A stretch of DNA of 64,000 nucleotides from Microthyrium microscopicum (Eukaryota), in assembly GCA_010405405.1 (NCBI GenBank), contig MU004238.1, forward strand, positions 73,530 through 137,529, written 5' to 3'. Shown in pieces: positions 36,021 through 47,898 of the stretch. The notes beneath the pieces were generated by a model. It was not told the origin of the DNA. It did no database searches and saw nothing but the letters and a program-made list of their open reading frames with translations. The position numbers and the translations under genes were made by a program. Position 1 is the stretch's first letter. Each line of letters opens with the position of its first letter.

Positions 36021-37750
36021 TTAGTCCTCCCTGATCCGCACAAATCGTTCCCACAACGGAAACTCCTCTCGAAACGCCGGTCCCAAGCTCCAATTATTCA
36101 ATTCTCGAATATGTGCTTCAAACAACGGGCTTACTATTAGCGGCTGCTCACCACCTGGGCCGACGGGTACGCTTGTGTCGTAGGCTAGGCACATATCATC
36201 ACTATATGGCCAGTTGATGGAGAATGTGGTCGTGTAGGGGACGAAGAATACGTCGAAGGGGACAGAGGGAACTTGCATTATTGTTGCGTCGCGAAGACGC
36301 GGCCTGGTCATTGTTAATGGAAAAGCTGAAAAACTTTTGCAGACAGTTGCTGAGAGAGATGCAAAACCGGTGGAGCAAGGGGAGAGAATTGGAGGGAACT
36401 TACCAGGGCAAGTGGTCCATCCATGCTGGATGCGGTACAATGATTGATGACGCTGGTGGGACGGAGTATGATGGGAGGAGCTCGTAGTTCTCACGTGTTG
36501 GATGGATCTGCCATCGCATCACGGTGTGCATCACATATGTTACTGCTACCTGCTCTGGCACACGCGAAATGTCTGGAAATGTCTGGAGGATGTCTGTGAA
36601 GAACTTGGAAAGCGGATGTGCGTTGAAGGTGGACTTTGGGTTTGCGAGGCTGTTAAATGTCGAATGTACTGGGCCGGCGAGCTCGCTGGGCGAGACACCT
36701 TCTGCTGCGAGACGCTGGCTTTTCACGAGGTAGTCGAGGAGGAGAACATCCAGGGCGCATGATTCAGTGACTCGTGGCAGTATCGTGTAGACAGGCGGGA
36801 TTGCGCCCGGGCTGCTAGTGGGTGGTGTTTGCCTTGTGTTATAGGGGACACGCACAAATTTAGTGTTGGTGTTATCGATCACGAAGCCGACTGAATGCCG
36901 TTCATCACCAGGCTGGTAGGCTTCGCCCCCTAATCCGGGACGTGGAGACTGGTCGACAAAGTTTGATGGACTAGGCGATACCCATGAGCGTCCAGGTACT
37001 GCTGCGGTGGCTGGTGGTGTGCCTCCATATGAGCGAGTTGTCTGTGTTCCAGGAGAAGAAGCTTGGGCAAGTGGCGATTGAATTGCAGGTATTGATGCTG
37101 GAATATATGGCGGGCCTTGCATGGGAGGGAGAGTGGCTGATGGTCCTCCATTGCCGGGCGTAGCTCGTTCGCTGGCGGAAACTAAAGCTGTATAGACGTT
37201 AGATCTCGTACACTATCTTCGTATAAGGTGCATATGCATACCGTCAAGTCCAGACAATGAGGTAAGCGAGGCTCCTGATTGCGGATTAAGCAGATTAGAT
37301 GCTTGAAGCATCTTTCTTTTAAGTTCTTCATTTTCTGCTTGGATGATTTCTTTTTGCCTTATTACCGCCTGTAGCTCTTGATAGGGTTGAGATAGCTCAT
37401 ATTCCCTAATCTTGTCATTGAGTCTGTCGATTTGATGTTTGGTTCGTTCACGTATTGCTCGTTGTGCCTAAGAGAAGCAAGCATTCCAGTAAGCTTAAGG
37501 ATATGGCGAATGGGGGGAATAGTGCGGGTTTATACAACAGGTGCATTGTTTACATGTGGCGACAAAGGTCATATTAAGGGGATAAACGCACTTCACGGTC
37601 ATTCCTTCGCTTCTTCTCGAGTTGTTCTGGAGTAAGGCTGGCAACACTGCGTGATGATATTGTACCACCACGTTTCTTAGCGCCTGCTCCACGGGGATTG
37701 GTGTTGCTAACTGTAGGGCTTGGAGCATCTGCAGGGCTGTCCTCCTCCAT
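36021..37750 (-). CDS. bZIP transcription factor with C-terminal DUF3425-type domain
   Basis: EQLEKKRRNDREAQRAIRERTK basic region, then PHPAWMDHLPWPRLRD, FSINWPY, FEAHIRELNNWSLGPAF. Introns 37468-37591, 37188-37241 and 36304-36403. Confidence 0.9.
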
Positions 37751-38530
37751 TGCGCTTGGGACGATTGATGGCGTAGAGGAAGTGGTGGTTATTCATGACT
37801 CATAAAGGAGGTTGAAGCAGGAAAAGAGTTGCCGTTCACGACTCATACTAAGCCGTCAGCCAACCGACTCAGCCAATCAGACGCGTCGGAGCTGCAAAGC
37901 GCCTTCAGGGTTAGGGTCACTCAATATAAATCTAGATCTCACCTCGCTCACATGCTTGCTTTGTTACAGCTAGTTCCTGGCTTACCACTCCATTGGAACA
38001 CGGGAATAAGACGACAAGATGGATCTGAAGCTTGATAGTATTCAGCGAAGAGTACCCGACCGTACGACGTTCTAGTTCTTGGCAGTACTCAGGTTGAGGT
38101 TGTACGAGTCGACTGACTACTCCTCGACTACTTCATGATACAACTCCGGGGAACCGCTTTTAGTGTCTGTTACTCTGCATATGATCAGCTCCCTATTTAC
38201 CACCCGTGGCGACAAGACGACAGGCACCTTAAGCCGGCGAAACTCTCTATTCTTCGACGACATTTCTAACAAGGCATACATACCTAGGTAGTTGACTAAC
38301 TTGCCAGGTTAGCATGGCCCGCAGATGGAGCCAAAGGTCAGAAAAACCAACTTGTTTTCCAATTTTGACATCTAACTTGAATTTCACGGAAATATCAAAG
38401 TGAGTAGAAAAAGCTGTTTGATGGCCAAGCTCCAAATAAAAGTTTTTGCTGATCTCAACTGATAGTGAAAAATTATGTACAGTATCCTAAAAACTACAAG
38501 CTAATAACATGAAAGTGTTAAGTACAGTCG

Positions 38531-40482
38531 CTACAATAACATCAAGAGCGCAGCAAATCCTGCTATACAACTCGACACCATATTGAGTGAAGTAACACTG
38601 GCGCCGCCAGTATATACTTCAGGTTGTTTTGACTTGGGCGACGACCCCAACGGCAAATCTGAAGACGAGTCTGACGATGATCCGGAAGATTGTTCATGAG
38701 TTGCATATAAAGGATCAATCATTCCATCAATACCATCGTCTCCATGGCCCGGAGAGCCACTGGACCCGCCCAAACCACCCTTACTCCGTCCTCCTCTAGA
38801 TGAAGATGAACCTGTAGCGGCTGGCATATCTGTGCTCAGTGTCATACTGGCCCCGTCAACAACGAGAACTTGTCGACCCTCCGGTGCGGATTTGAGCGCT
38901 ACGTTCATTTTGTGTTCTCCGTGACTGCCAACTGTCACCTCGATGGGCGCGCCATTGGCTTCTAAGACTTGTCCATCATCCGCTATCCACGAGCCTTTAC
39001 CCGTGGATGTAAAGACATGACCATTAATGACTAATGGTGTACTTTCATGTCCTCCAGGATGGTCAACATGTCCTTGCGAGCTGCCAATTCCAGAGCTGGC
39101 ACCGGGATTGCTCATTCCAAGCGCAGGTCCAAGTACACCCGCCGCGATACTGCTAGCGATAGCTGATGGTTGCGCCTGCTGTGACTGCTGCTGTCTTGGT
39201 CCAGGCCCATCGAGTTGTGCCGTTAGTCCTGTGATCATGGGCATGGCAATGCCGGCGCCAGATGCTGGAGCTGATACAGGTGCGGGCTTTGGAGTAGCTG
39301 ATGTTTCTTTGTGGACTTGCATGATGCCTCCGTCTTTATCACCCGGTCCATCGAGCGTCGACGCTGGTTTCTTAGTAAGTAAGATATTCGGCGCAATGCC
39401 TGGATATTTGGAGCCGGAGACTGTGGAAGTGGTTGTCGTGGTCAAGTACTCGATGGCACTTATTTGAGTGATACTGGCTGTCTTGTCTGGTTGGCCGAAT
39501 ACTCCGCAAACGCCCATGGCAGGGATGGGAGGAAACAGTTTGGTGAATTCCATGGGATCGACATGCTGATATCTTTCTGGTACGAGACGCCAGTGGACAG
39601 TGTCTGCTGCGGCTTTGTTGGCGCCAGAGCTGAGTGGAGACTCTGGCGATCCAAAAGAGTATATTTGGGCATTGGCGATGGTTGTGAGATTGACTTGCGC
39701 GGCGCCTCCTGAGGTGCAAGGAGCTCCTGGTGCTTCTGTTATGGCTGGGGGACCCCCTATCAAGGTCATAGTGGTTGGTGTTATTGTTACTGGCGTAGGA
39801 TATGCGCTTCAAAAGGTTAGTTGGCGCAGACTGGCTAAAGAAAAATGACGTACACAGTGATACTCGTGGCGCCGGCCTCCAAAGATGTGATTACAACGCC
39901 TGCCTTGTTGACGGCGAATCTGTTTCGCGCAACCTCTTCATCGTTGGCTCCATAGTCGAAATGTCGAACGGTCCCTGTTACATTTGGCCAAAATTGTGGG
40001 TTGACGACAAGAGTCACTGTTTCCACCGTCTTTGTAGCCGTTATCTGTACTGACTGCCACTTATACACTGTGATATCTGGTAGCGCGACGGCGCATTGTG
40101 ATGCACATTGTGACTGCGCAGGTTGGATTTCAGAGGAGATGTATATGGCTTCTGATGATGATGCGACTGGAGGAGTTGATGCTGGGAGCTCGAAATCTGT
40201 CTCGCCAGCAACTATCGACGATGCGGAGTTCGCTTTCGTTGGCTGAGGAACTTCTACGCTCATGTCAGATATTGCCAAGATAAGAAAGAGCATGTCCTCT
40301 TACCTGCATTGATCCTGTATTCCTGGCTCGGTGATAGCGTGTTGTTGCTGATTATTGGTACGAAACCTGCATTATGAGCTTTGCCCCTCAAGAAACACTG
40401 TAAACTTACTTGTAGAATTAGATGGGATAGCTCCCCTAACAAAAGAATAACAAAAGAACAGAAGCACGAAAGAGAGCGTCAT
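38531..40482 (-). CDS. Secreted, probably GPI-anchored cell-wall protein (paralog A)
   Basis: Signal peptide MTLSFVLLFFCYSFVRGA, three short introns, a Cys-containing N-domain, Ser/Gly/Pro-rich stalk and hydrophobic C-terminal tail (..CIAGFAALLMLL). Confidence 0.8.
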
Positions 40483-41999
40483 GATGGGTCTACATCAGCA
40501 CTGAAAGTATGCAAAACGAATTGGTGGTTAGTCTTGGAAGAGCAACTTGTCACAGAATAGCTTGCACATAGAGTGAGGCACAGCATCGTAGCAGAATTAG
40601 GTGGTTCAGCAAACTTGCGACAATGTTGTACAGAACCGGGCAAGTTCATATTCAAAATAAATGAAGCCAGGTTGTTGTTTGGCTGGAATGGACAGCCTTG
40701 GGGGCGAGATCTCAACAGTCCGCGCGAGCCCTGGTGTCTTATTTTACTTTCATATAGACTCGAAGAGTGGACGTGATTTGGGCCCACATGTTACTTTAAA
40801 GAGATACGGTTCTGAGCTCGATATGTCTTGCCCTGGCAAGTTATAATTGGCAGCAAGTAATGTAGATTACTTTTGGGAGAGTAAGATGAGACGATGTACA
40901 GTGGCTCCAACAAAGTCTGAATAGAAGCTGGTCTTCGATGAAAGTTGCCCTTGCTCAGGACGATCTACTTTCAGTATAGTACTTCTCCCTTGCAATGTGC
41001 GACTTAGTTAGCTGTTACATGTACGTCAGACTTCTATTAAAGCGAAAAGCTGGGTCCTTTTACGGGGATGGAGCTAGTGTTGCAAGATATTTAAGTCTCA
41101 CTCTCCAGATATTCGGTAAAAACTTAATTGATTGTCTTACTTGACCTACGTTATAGGAGGCATTGGCCCCCGTAAGTGCCATGCACATTAATTGACCGCG
41201 AAAGTAGGTTGTTGGTTACAACTTACCAGTCTTCCAAGATAATCAGCCTTATAGTGCAGTGAGGCATATCAATATGGTATTGAAAGGAAACATTGTTAGC
41301 CATTCAGGCTGTCTATGCTAACGCAGAAATGGGTACCGTTCAAAGGAGTCTATCAAATTTGCATTCCAGTTGTCATTGCCAATTTTCAGTCGGTACTCAG
41401 TTGTTATAACCCACGTATAGAGAACGGGATATGACCACAGACACTGCCTATTTTTGGACGCAAATATGGAATTACATTGGCTCTTTTGCGACTCAAATGT
41501 AGTATCTTCCTTTCGAGTAGTTTTTCAACAATTGATCAAAAAAATGGAGACAATTCAAATGCAAATATAAGAGCTCGGAATTGGCATGCTGGCCACAGGT
41601 CACCAAAACTGCAGACAGTCTCTGGCTTCACGCTAGGCTGCTAAAGAGAGTGCTTTGAAGACTGTGCCTACTTTTACTTCTGCATCAGCACAAAAGAAAT
41701 GTGCAGTTCAGGACGCAGGAAAGAAAAGAGAGACCAATTTTATTCCATGAGGCTGGGCTGTGCAGACGCCAGCTCAACGCCATGATCTCCAACGACCACT
41801 GATCAGCCTGGAAAAGCTGCAGTCCATGAGATCCTGCCGTACCGACGGAAAACGCTGGAGTCACGAGGTTGGTTAGAAGTAAAAGCCTGACGTTCGGTTT
41901 CAGTTCTTGACTTGCTTGATCTCCATTACCTCGCACTTATATACCTAGGTGCCTATATTTAACGCTGAATTTCAGCACGAACTCTGCAGTGATATCACA

Positions 42000-43070
42000 A
42001 TGACACGAAGCGGCGGTAGCTTCAAATCGATTATCCGTCATCTTCAACTACTACTACTCCTCGCATCAGATATAGTCCTAGCGGTGCAATACCCAGCCGC
42101 CCAGCCATGCTTCGATTCTGCTTCGGCCTCAGCAGGTTGCGATGAGTCTGCCAGCGGCGCAATTTTCAATGCTTGTGCCTGTGCTAATACAGGCAACTGG
42201 CTGGGTCTCAGCGCAGCATGTATCGAAGCCAACGACAAGACGGATTCTCTCTCTGCCATATACAGTTCCCTACAGACCAACTGTGCCGGCACCAACAACC
42301 CGATCGCCTACTCATTGGATCAATGGCTCGCAGCGGCAGGTGGCTCGGGGACAACAACGACAACGAGCCAGGCGAAGACAAGTAGCCAGCCTGTTACGGT
42401 TGCCAGCAACTCTCACACTACAAGTTCGCAGGTCCCAAGTTCCGTAACAGGTTCATCGTCAGCGTCAGTGGTGACAAGCATTCAGTCCGGCTCTACTGTC
42501 GTTGCAACACTGGGTCCTTTATCTACCACTTCAGCCTCACCAGCTCCATCACCAACAAGCAAGTCAAAGCTGAACACCCAATCCATCGTTGGTATTGCGA
42601 TTGGAATTCCTTGTTTTCTTGCTCTACTCGCTCTACTTGGATTTATCCTCTGGCGAGCACGCAAGCAGAAAAAAGAGTCTCTCATGCAAGAAGAAGTGGT
42701 TGCTTACAATCCGTACTATTATTCAGGCGAAGCCACCGTGGTTACAACAAAGAGTCGACATTCAACTACTCCCACGCTCGTGCGGGACAGCGTATCGCAG
42801 CTCGGCCAACCAAAATACAGTGACTATCGAGCGTCGCCGGGAAGTTATGCTACAGACCAGCCGGAGCTTATATCTCATCCAAGGCCAGATGGGGTATCAC
42901 AAGCTGATCAACAACGATGCAGTGGCTACTGGACGCCATCGGGGACTTACTTCTCAGACCAGCCAGGGTTTGCTTCTGATCCACAATCTGATCCAGTAGA
43001 ATTGCAAGCACCCGTAACCAGGCCAGTAGAGATGCCAGATCAGTCGGCGCATGGTCCAGTATGGAGATGA
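42000..43070 (+). CDS. Type I membrane protein with CFEM-like Cys-rich ectodomain and Ser/Thr stalk
   Basis: Signal LQLLLLLASDIVLA, six-Cys domain (AQPCF..GC..CAC..AACI..C), S/T stalk, TM IVGIAIGIPCFLALLALLGFILW followed by RARKQKK. Confidence 0.8.
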   Translation: MTRSGGSFKSIIRHLQLLLLLASDIVLAVQYPAAQPCFDSASASAGCDESASGAIFNACACANTGNWLGLSAACIEANDKTDSLSAIYSSLQTNCAGTNNPIAYSLDQWLAAAGGSGTTTTTSQAKTSSQPVTVASNSHTTSSQVPSSVTGSSSASVVTSIQSGSTVVATLGPLSTTSASPAPSPTSKSKLNTQSIVGIAIGIPCFLALLALLGFILWRARKQKKESLMQEEVVAYNPYYYSGEATVVTTKSRHSTTPTLVRDSVSQLGQPKYSDYRASPGSYATDQPELISHPRPDGVSQADQQRCSGYWTPSGTYFSDQPGFASDPQSDPVELQAPVTRPVEMPDQSAHGPVWR

Positions 43071-43295
43071 TGAACTTTGAGGACAAGATTTGTTCAAGCA
43101 AATCAAGTCTTTTGTGCGACGACAACCAGTTCAATGGAATGCCAATGTGATTTCTTTGTCCTTAGCACGTTCCTGAATTATGATTTGAAGAAAGGACGCA
43201 AACAGTTCATTGTTCTCCGTTCTAACCCTCCAGTATTTGCGACTTCGTGTATTTCAAATCAATAAATGTCAACCTGAAGCATTGCAAAAGCGATC

Positions 43296-44522
43296 ATGGC
43301 ATCAGAGCAGGCTCCAACGGCGAAAGAGGCGGAAGCTGCTGAAGCTGATGCCTTTCATACCACCTGCTCTCAAGCAATAAATTACCTTCTAACACGAAAC
43401 ACTTGGGACGATCCCGAAGTGATCCAGCGTGTGATCACGATCAAGAAGAGTCTGATAACATTATCGCCCTTTGGGAGGACAACACATACTGCAGACACAA
43501 AACCTCAACTATCGCAGGAACTTGCAAAGCTACTTGAGATATGGCGTACGCACCTCATCGACCTGCAGATTCGCAGATTTCCCCGAGCAGTAAGTTATGC
43601 CCCGTGAATGAAACCAGATGTTCAAGGCCTAATTCATGATCCTTAGCTCTCGTCCTCCGATAGAACTGGTATCCAAAACCTTCTCGGCCTCGAATTCGAC
43701 TTTACAGGCTGGACGATCCCAAACACGGATAACATCACAGACGACGAAGAGAAATATAACGACTTGGTGGTATATCTCTACCAGTCCGCGTTCTCCATGT
43801 TGCTATTCAGTGCTCTGCGCATGTGGCTACTTGGTCAAACGCCAGATGATGTTAACGTAGCAAGAGCACACAACTTTTCGAGTACTATGACCGCCCTATT
43901 CTACCGGAAACTTTCACAAGCGGAGTATGACAATGAGCGAACCAATATGATCAAGAGCGGAGACTTTGATAAAGGTGCCCAGGAGGATTATGAAAACGAA
44001 ACCATACAGGATAGAATTCTTCTGCGGACAGAGGTCAATGTCGACTTTATCAATATCGTCTGTGGATCTGCAGAACGAGAGCAGGCGATGATTGATTTGA
44101 TTGAGGATTTATTCTACACATTCTTCGACTACGATACCAGCGAACCTTGGAAAGGTGATCCTGATGATGCGTGTATGACGGATGGAGATTTGAATGCTTT
44201 GAAGGAGAAAGCAATAATTCACATTGACACTACAGACAACTTGCTCCAGCAGCTAGTCACCACGGCTGTGTTATCAACGAGCCCTTCGTATTTCCTCATT
44301 GCCGATCGGCTACAGTTTACTCGCCGCTTTCTGCGCAAGTCTCCTGGTGCGGAGCTGAACATGACTCATGCTATTCAGCAGTATGTGGAGGGTGACATCA
44401 GGCAGGAAATCAACCAGCATGAAGTATTTTGGAGGAGATGTGGTGAAGAATTTCGAAGGCTTAGGAGTGTTTCGGAAGCGGCAATGGCAGCGCGTCGGGC
44501 ACGAAATGTGGGAAGCAGCTAG
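43296..44522 (+). CDS. Hypothetical protein (two exons)
   Basis: Intron 43590-43646 (GTAAGT..CTAAT..TAG) joins the two ORFs in frame to give ~390 aa. No recognisable motif. Confidence 0.7.
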
Positions 44523-44862
44523 ATCGCCGCCATGGACAAAATGAAACGCGTGGTTCTTATCACCCTCGTTAGTCGTTGACCGCGACTTTCTGTCATCAAG
44601 TGCTTTATTTCTTGAAGCGTCCGTAAACGTTGTTGTTGTGTATGAACGATATACATTAGAGAGTATGCTCTCCATGAGGTGCAATGTACTCTGACCACTC
44701 GTTGAACGCATGAAAAGCATTTGAATTTCCATAACTTTCTGTATTCGTATTATCAATTATGCCGCGGCCACTTTGTGCCACAGATTCATCCCATTTTAGG
44801 ACTGAAGACTCCTTTCTATGCTTTGTGAATATCGTACAATCGTCGTGACCATTATAGCGCGG

Positions 44863-46426
44863 TTATAAGCAGCCGAGGAAGATGAGAAAGGTGACCAGAG
44901 CGCAAGCTTCTAGTGCAACAGCACCAACTCTGTGTCCAGAATATGCACTGCTCTTGTTTGCCCCTATTCCAGAAGCAACTGCTGCTCCCACACCACCACT
45001 TGATGTTGCTTTCGATGTTGCTCCTGCTCCCGCTCCTGTTTCCGTTCCTGTTCCTGTGACGGTCGGAAGCGTAACAGTCGAGCCGCCAAGAATCACAATA
45101 CCACTGGTTGTGCCAACGGACAAGGGAATAAAGCTGCTTCCGACTACACCAACAGCCCCTGCTGAGAAAGTCTGTCCCTCAATAACAACCGCGCCGGATG
45201 CAGCAGGTGTAATAACCTCGCCATTTACAGTGACAGGAGGGCCAAGAGCTAAAGGACTCGATCCCGATCCTGAACCCGAGCCTGAGTTGCCTGAACCGGA
45301 TCCAGCGGTGGATCCAGGGCCTGAGCCCGAATTTGACCCAGAACCTCCATTCGAGCCTGGATTTGAACCAGAGCCCGTGCCTGTGCCAGTAGGTTGCGCA
45401 CCATTGCCGGTAGGTTGTCCGCCGTTGCCAGTTTGCCCACCACTTTGCTGTTGTTGCGGATCGCCAGTCTGACCACCACTTCCACCTCCATTGGATGCGC
45501 CGGCACCTCCGCCTCCTGGACCGTTTTGACCACCAAAGGGGTCTGCAGCTAGCGTGACTTGTAGACCCGTTTGAGTAAGAACTGAAACCGTTGTATGTAC
45601 TTGGGGCTGAATTCCGAATGCTGGTGTTTCCCGTGCAGGTTGAGGTACTCCATGAAAACACGTACGTGGGTCGCCGCCGTTGAGGAGGGAAGTCAGAGCC
45701 GGGAGTCCGTCAACCAAATAGTATGCCTTAGATGTCTCTGGTGTTGGATCGCCTGGGGTAGACGGGAATACGAGCTTGGATGTAGATTCGGGAGGAACGG
45801 GTATGGGTTCGTCATCTTCGGCACACGTTGGTATGCCGCCTCTTGCCGTTAACGTACTATGAAGGATGAGGGTGGGAGTAGGATAGGCTATATATGTGGT
45901 GGGATAGGTTCTGTTTAGACGTTAGCTCTCAATTTGCGATTGATGCGATCTGATACTTACAGTGTCGTTCCAAATTGTGACCAAGTAAAAGTAGTTGTAG
46001 GCGGAGGAACCCATGTGGCATTCGATGTTGGATTCCAAGCTTCATATATTGAGCTTGTTGTATAGCTGCTCCCGTTGGCATATGTGTATACTATAGGGAT
46101 GACGGTCGCAGTGACATTTTCCTGGCGCAAGTCCAATGGAAAGGGGTAGGAGACGGTAGTTGGAAATAGTCGAACGGTACATGTCTGACTACCGCATAGA
46201 GATGATGTGAGAGATGCAGAGGAGGTGATGACTCCTGTCTTTGGAGAAGGATCTTGCGACGTGGTAGTATTTAAGAATGGTGTAGAATCTGTTGTACTGT
46301 CAGTTGGCAATGCATCGAGAAGGCAACTGTGCCGATTGTACCTGCAGAAGTAAATGCTGTGTATTGCAGCAAACACGCTTCGAAAAGCACAATATGGCGA
46401 AGAAGAAACGCCCCCTTAAAATACAT
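44863..46426 (-). CDS. Secreted, probably GPI-anchored cell-wall protein (paralog B)
   Basis: Signal-like MYFKGAFLL..AFTSA, introns after the signal and at 45911-45960, GS-rich repeats, hydrophobic C-terminus (..LVTFLIFLGCL). Confidence 0.8.
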
Positions 46427-47898
46427 GATAGCTATATATCATGTCTAAAAGAAATGTAATGGCGGAAAGCACGTAAAGATCAAACGAATGAAGAAGGTTA
46501 GGATTACGACGATATCAAAGACCAAGAGAAAGAACGTTGGTAGCGCAGACGTAACGCGGTGGAGATATTATTGGGTGGCGGGTTCAGTCAGACGGCCACA
46601 CCGTCAACAGGTTACACTTGTAGATTTCTACGGCTTGTATTTCCCACACTTAACAAACTAAACTTCGCAAGTAGTGCATGAACTAAACATAAGAGGAGAG
46701 CGTGGAGAGACAAAAGCGATCCTTGCTAAGACTGTCGAAAATGAACCAGGATAACTTTTTGATCCGTCGAGCACAGTCCCGACAAAGCAAGGCGTGAACA
46801 GGCCTTAAGCTTGTGCTTTTGCTGTGTCTCCTGGGTTTGTTGCGGGAACTACAACCACTACAACCAGTAACTATCAATGATCAAGACTCCAAAGTCCCAT
46901 CTAAGGACCAACTACTGGTCACCTTCCTGTCGGTTGATCTTCGAGGACTAACCTGAATCCTCTCGCCAGGCCTTGGCGACCAGACTGACATGTGGAGCAT
47001 GGTCGGCTCTCTGCGTTACATCCTTGATAGGCACCATCTCTGGACGCAACCATGGAGCAGGAAGATGCATCACGCAAGCATGACCATGGACCAGGAGTCC
47101 AGGACAAAGTCCTCGCGATGAGTTGGCTTTGCCGAGTCGTTTGGCCCGAGGATGAACTCCAAAGATGGAGTATCATTCGCGTAGCAATTATTCTATTAAC
47201 AATGACACTCGTTGATGGTCGATATAAAAGGTTTATTTCTGGAGGTTTTGATAGTGGTTTAGGGAGGCTGAGCAGACATGCAGACCACGGCCGTTTCGGA
47301 TTGCCCTTAGCGAAAGGCAAATAATGCAGCGCATTCTTGGGACTTTTTGCACGTAAATAGATCAGAAGATCTTCACAACTAACTGCAAGGAATTCCACAT
47401 CTGCCCGTATCCCGTTTTGCGGAATTGAGTTGAAGTTTGTAATGGTTTCTTAGGCTCTTTGACAAGTTATCAACGGTCCACCCACATTTCGTAGATCAAG
47501 ATCTCTGTACGGAGTACGGGTTGCCCGAACACGAACTGGTCGTGGTTTCCAGCTGCCAATGCTGTTCTGGAATAGTGGCGCAACTCAAGCAGATGAAAGC
47601 CTGCACATGTTCAACAGGCAATTTAATTCGCCAGTTGTATCTCTGAGCTGATTGAAAAGTCCCGCTCAGCCCCTTGTGGCCCCTCCTCAAAGGAGCTGCT
47701 TCTATCCAGTCTTTCGAGACCATTGCTGTTCCTGTCTGTCGTTAATCTCAGTTTTATCGTGAACTTCTGCGCGTCTCCGATATCTTGGTTCTGGACGCTT
47801 CATCTCCTGGATCACCATTACAACTTCCGTCGCGACACTATTGGTTCTTATGACTTACTGAGCCCTCACAACACGAAAGAGACGCCCTAAGAGCGGAC

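Noticed and set aside
44882..45472. 196-aa Pro/Glu-rich plus-strand ORF
   Set aside because: Antisense shadow of the Gly/Ser repeats in the GPI-like gene.
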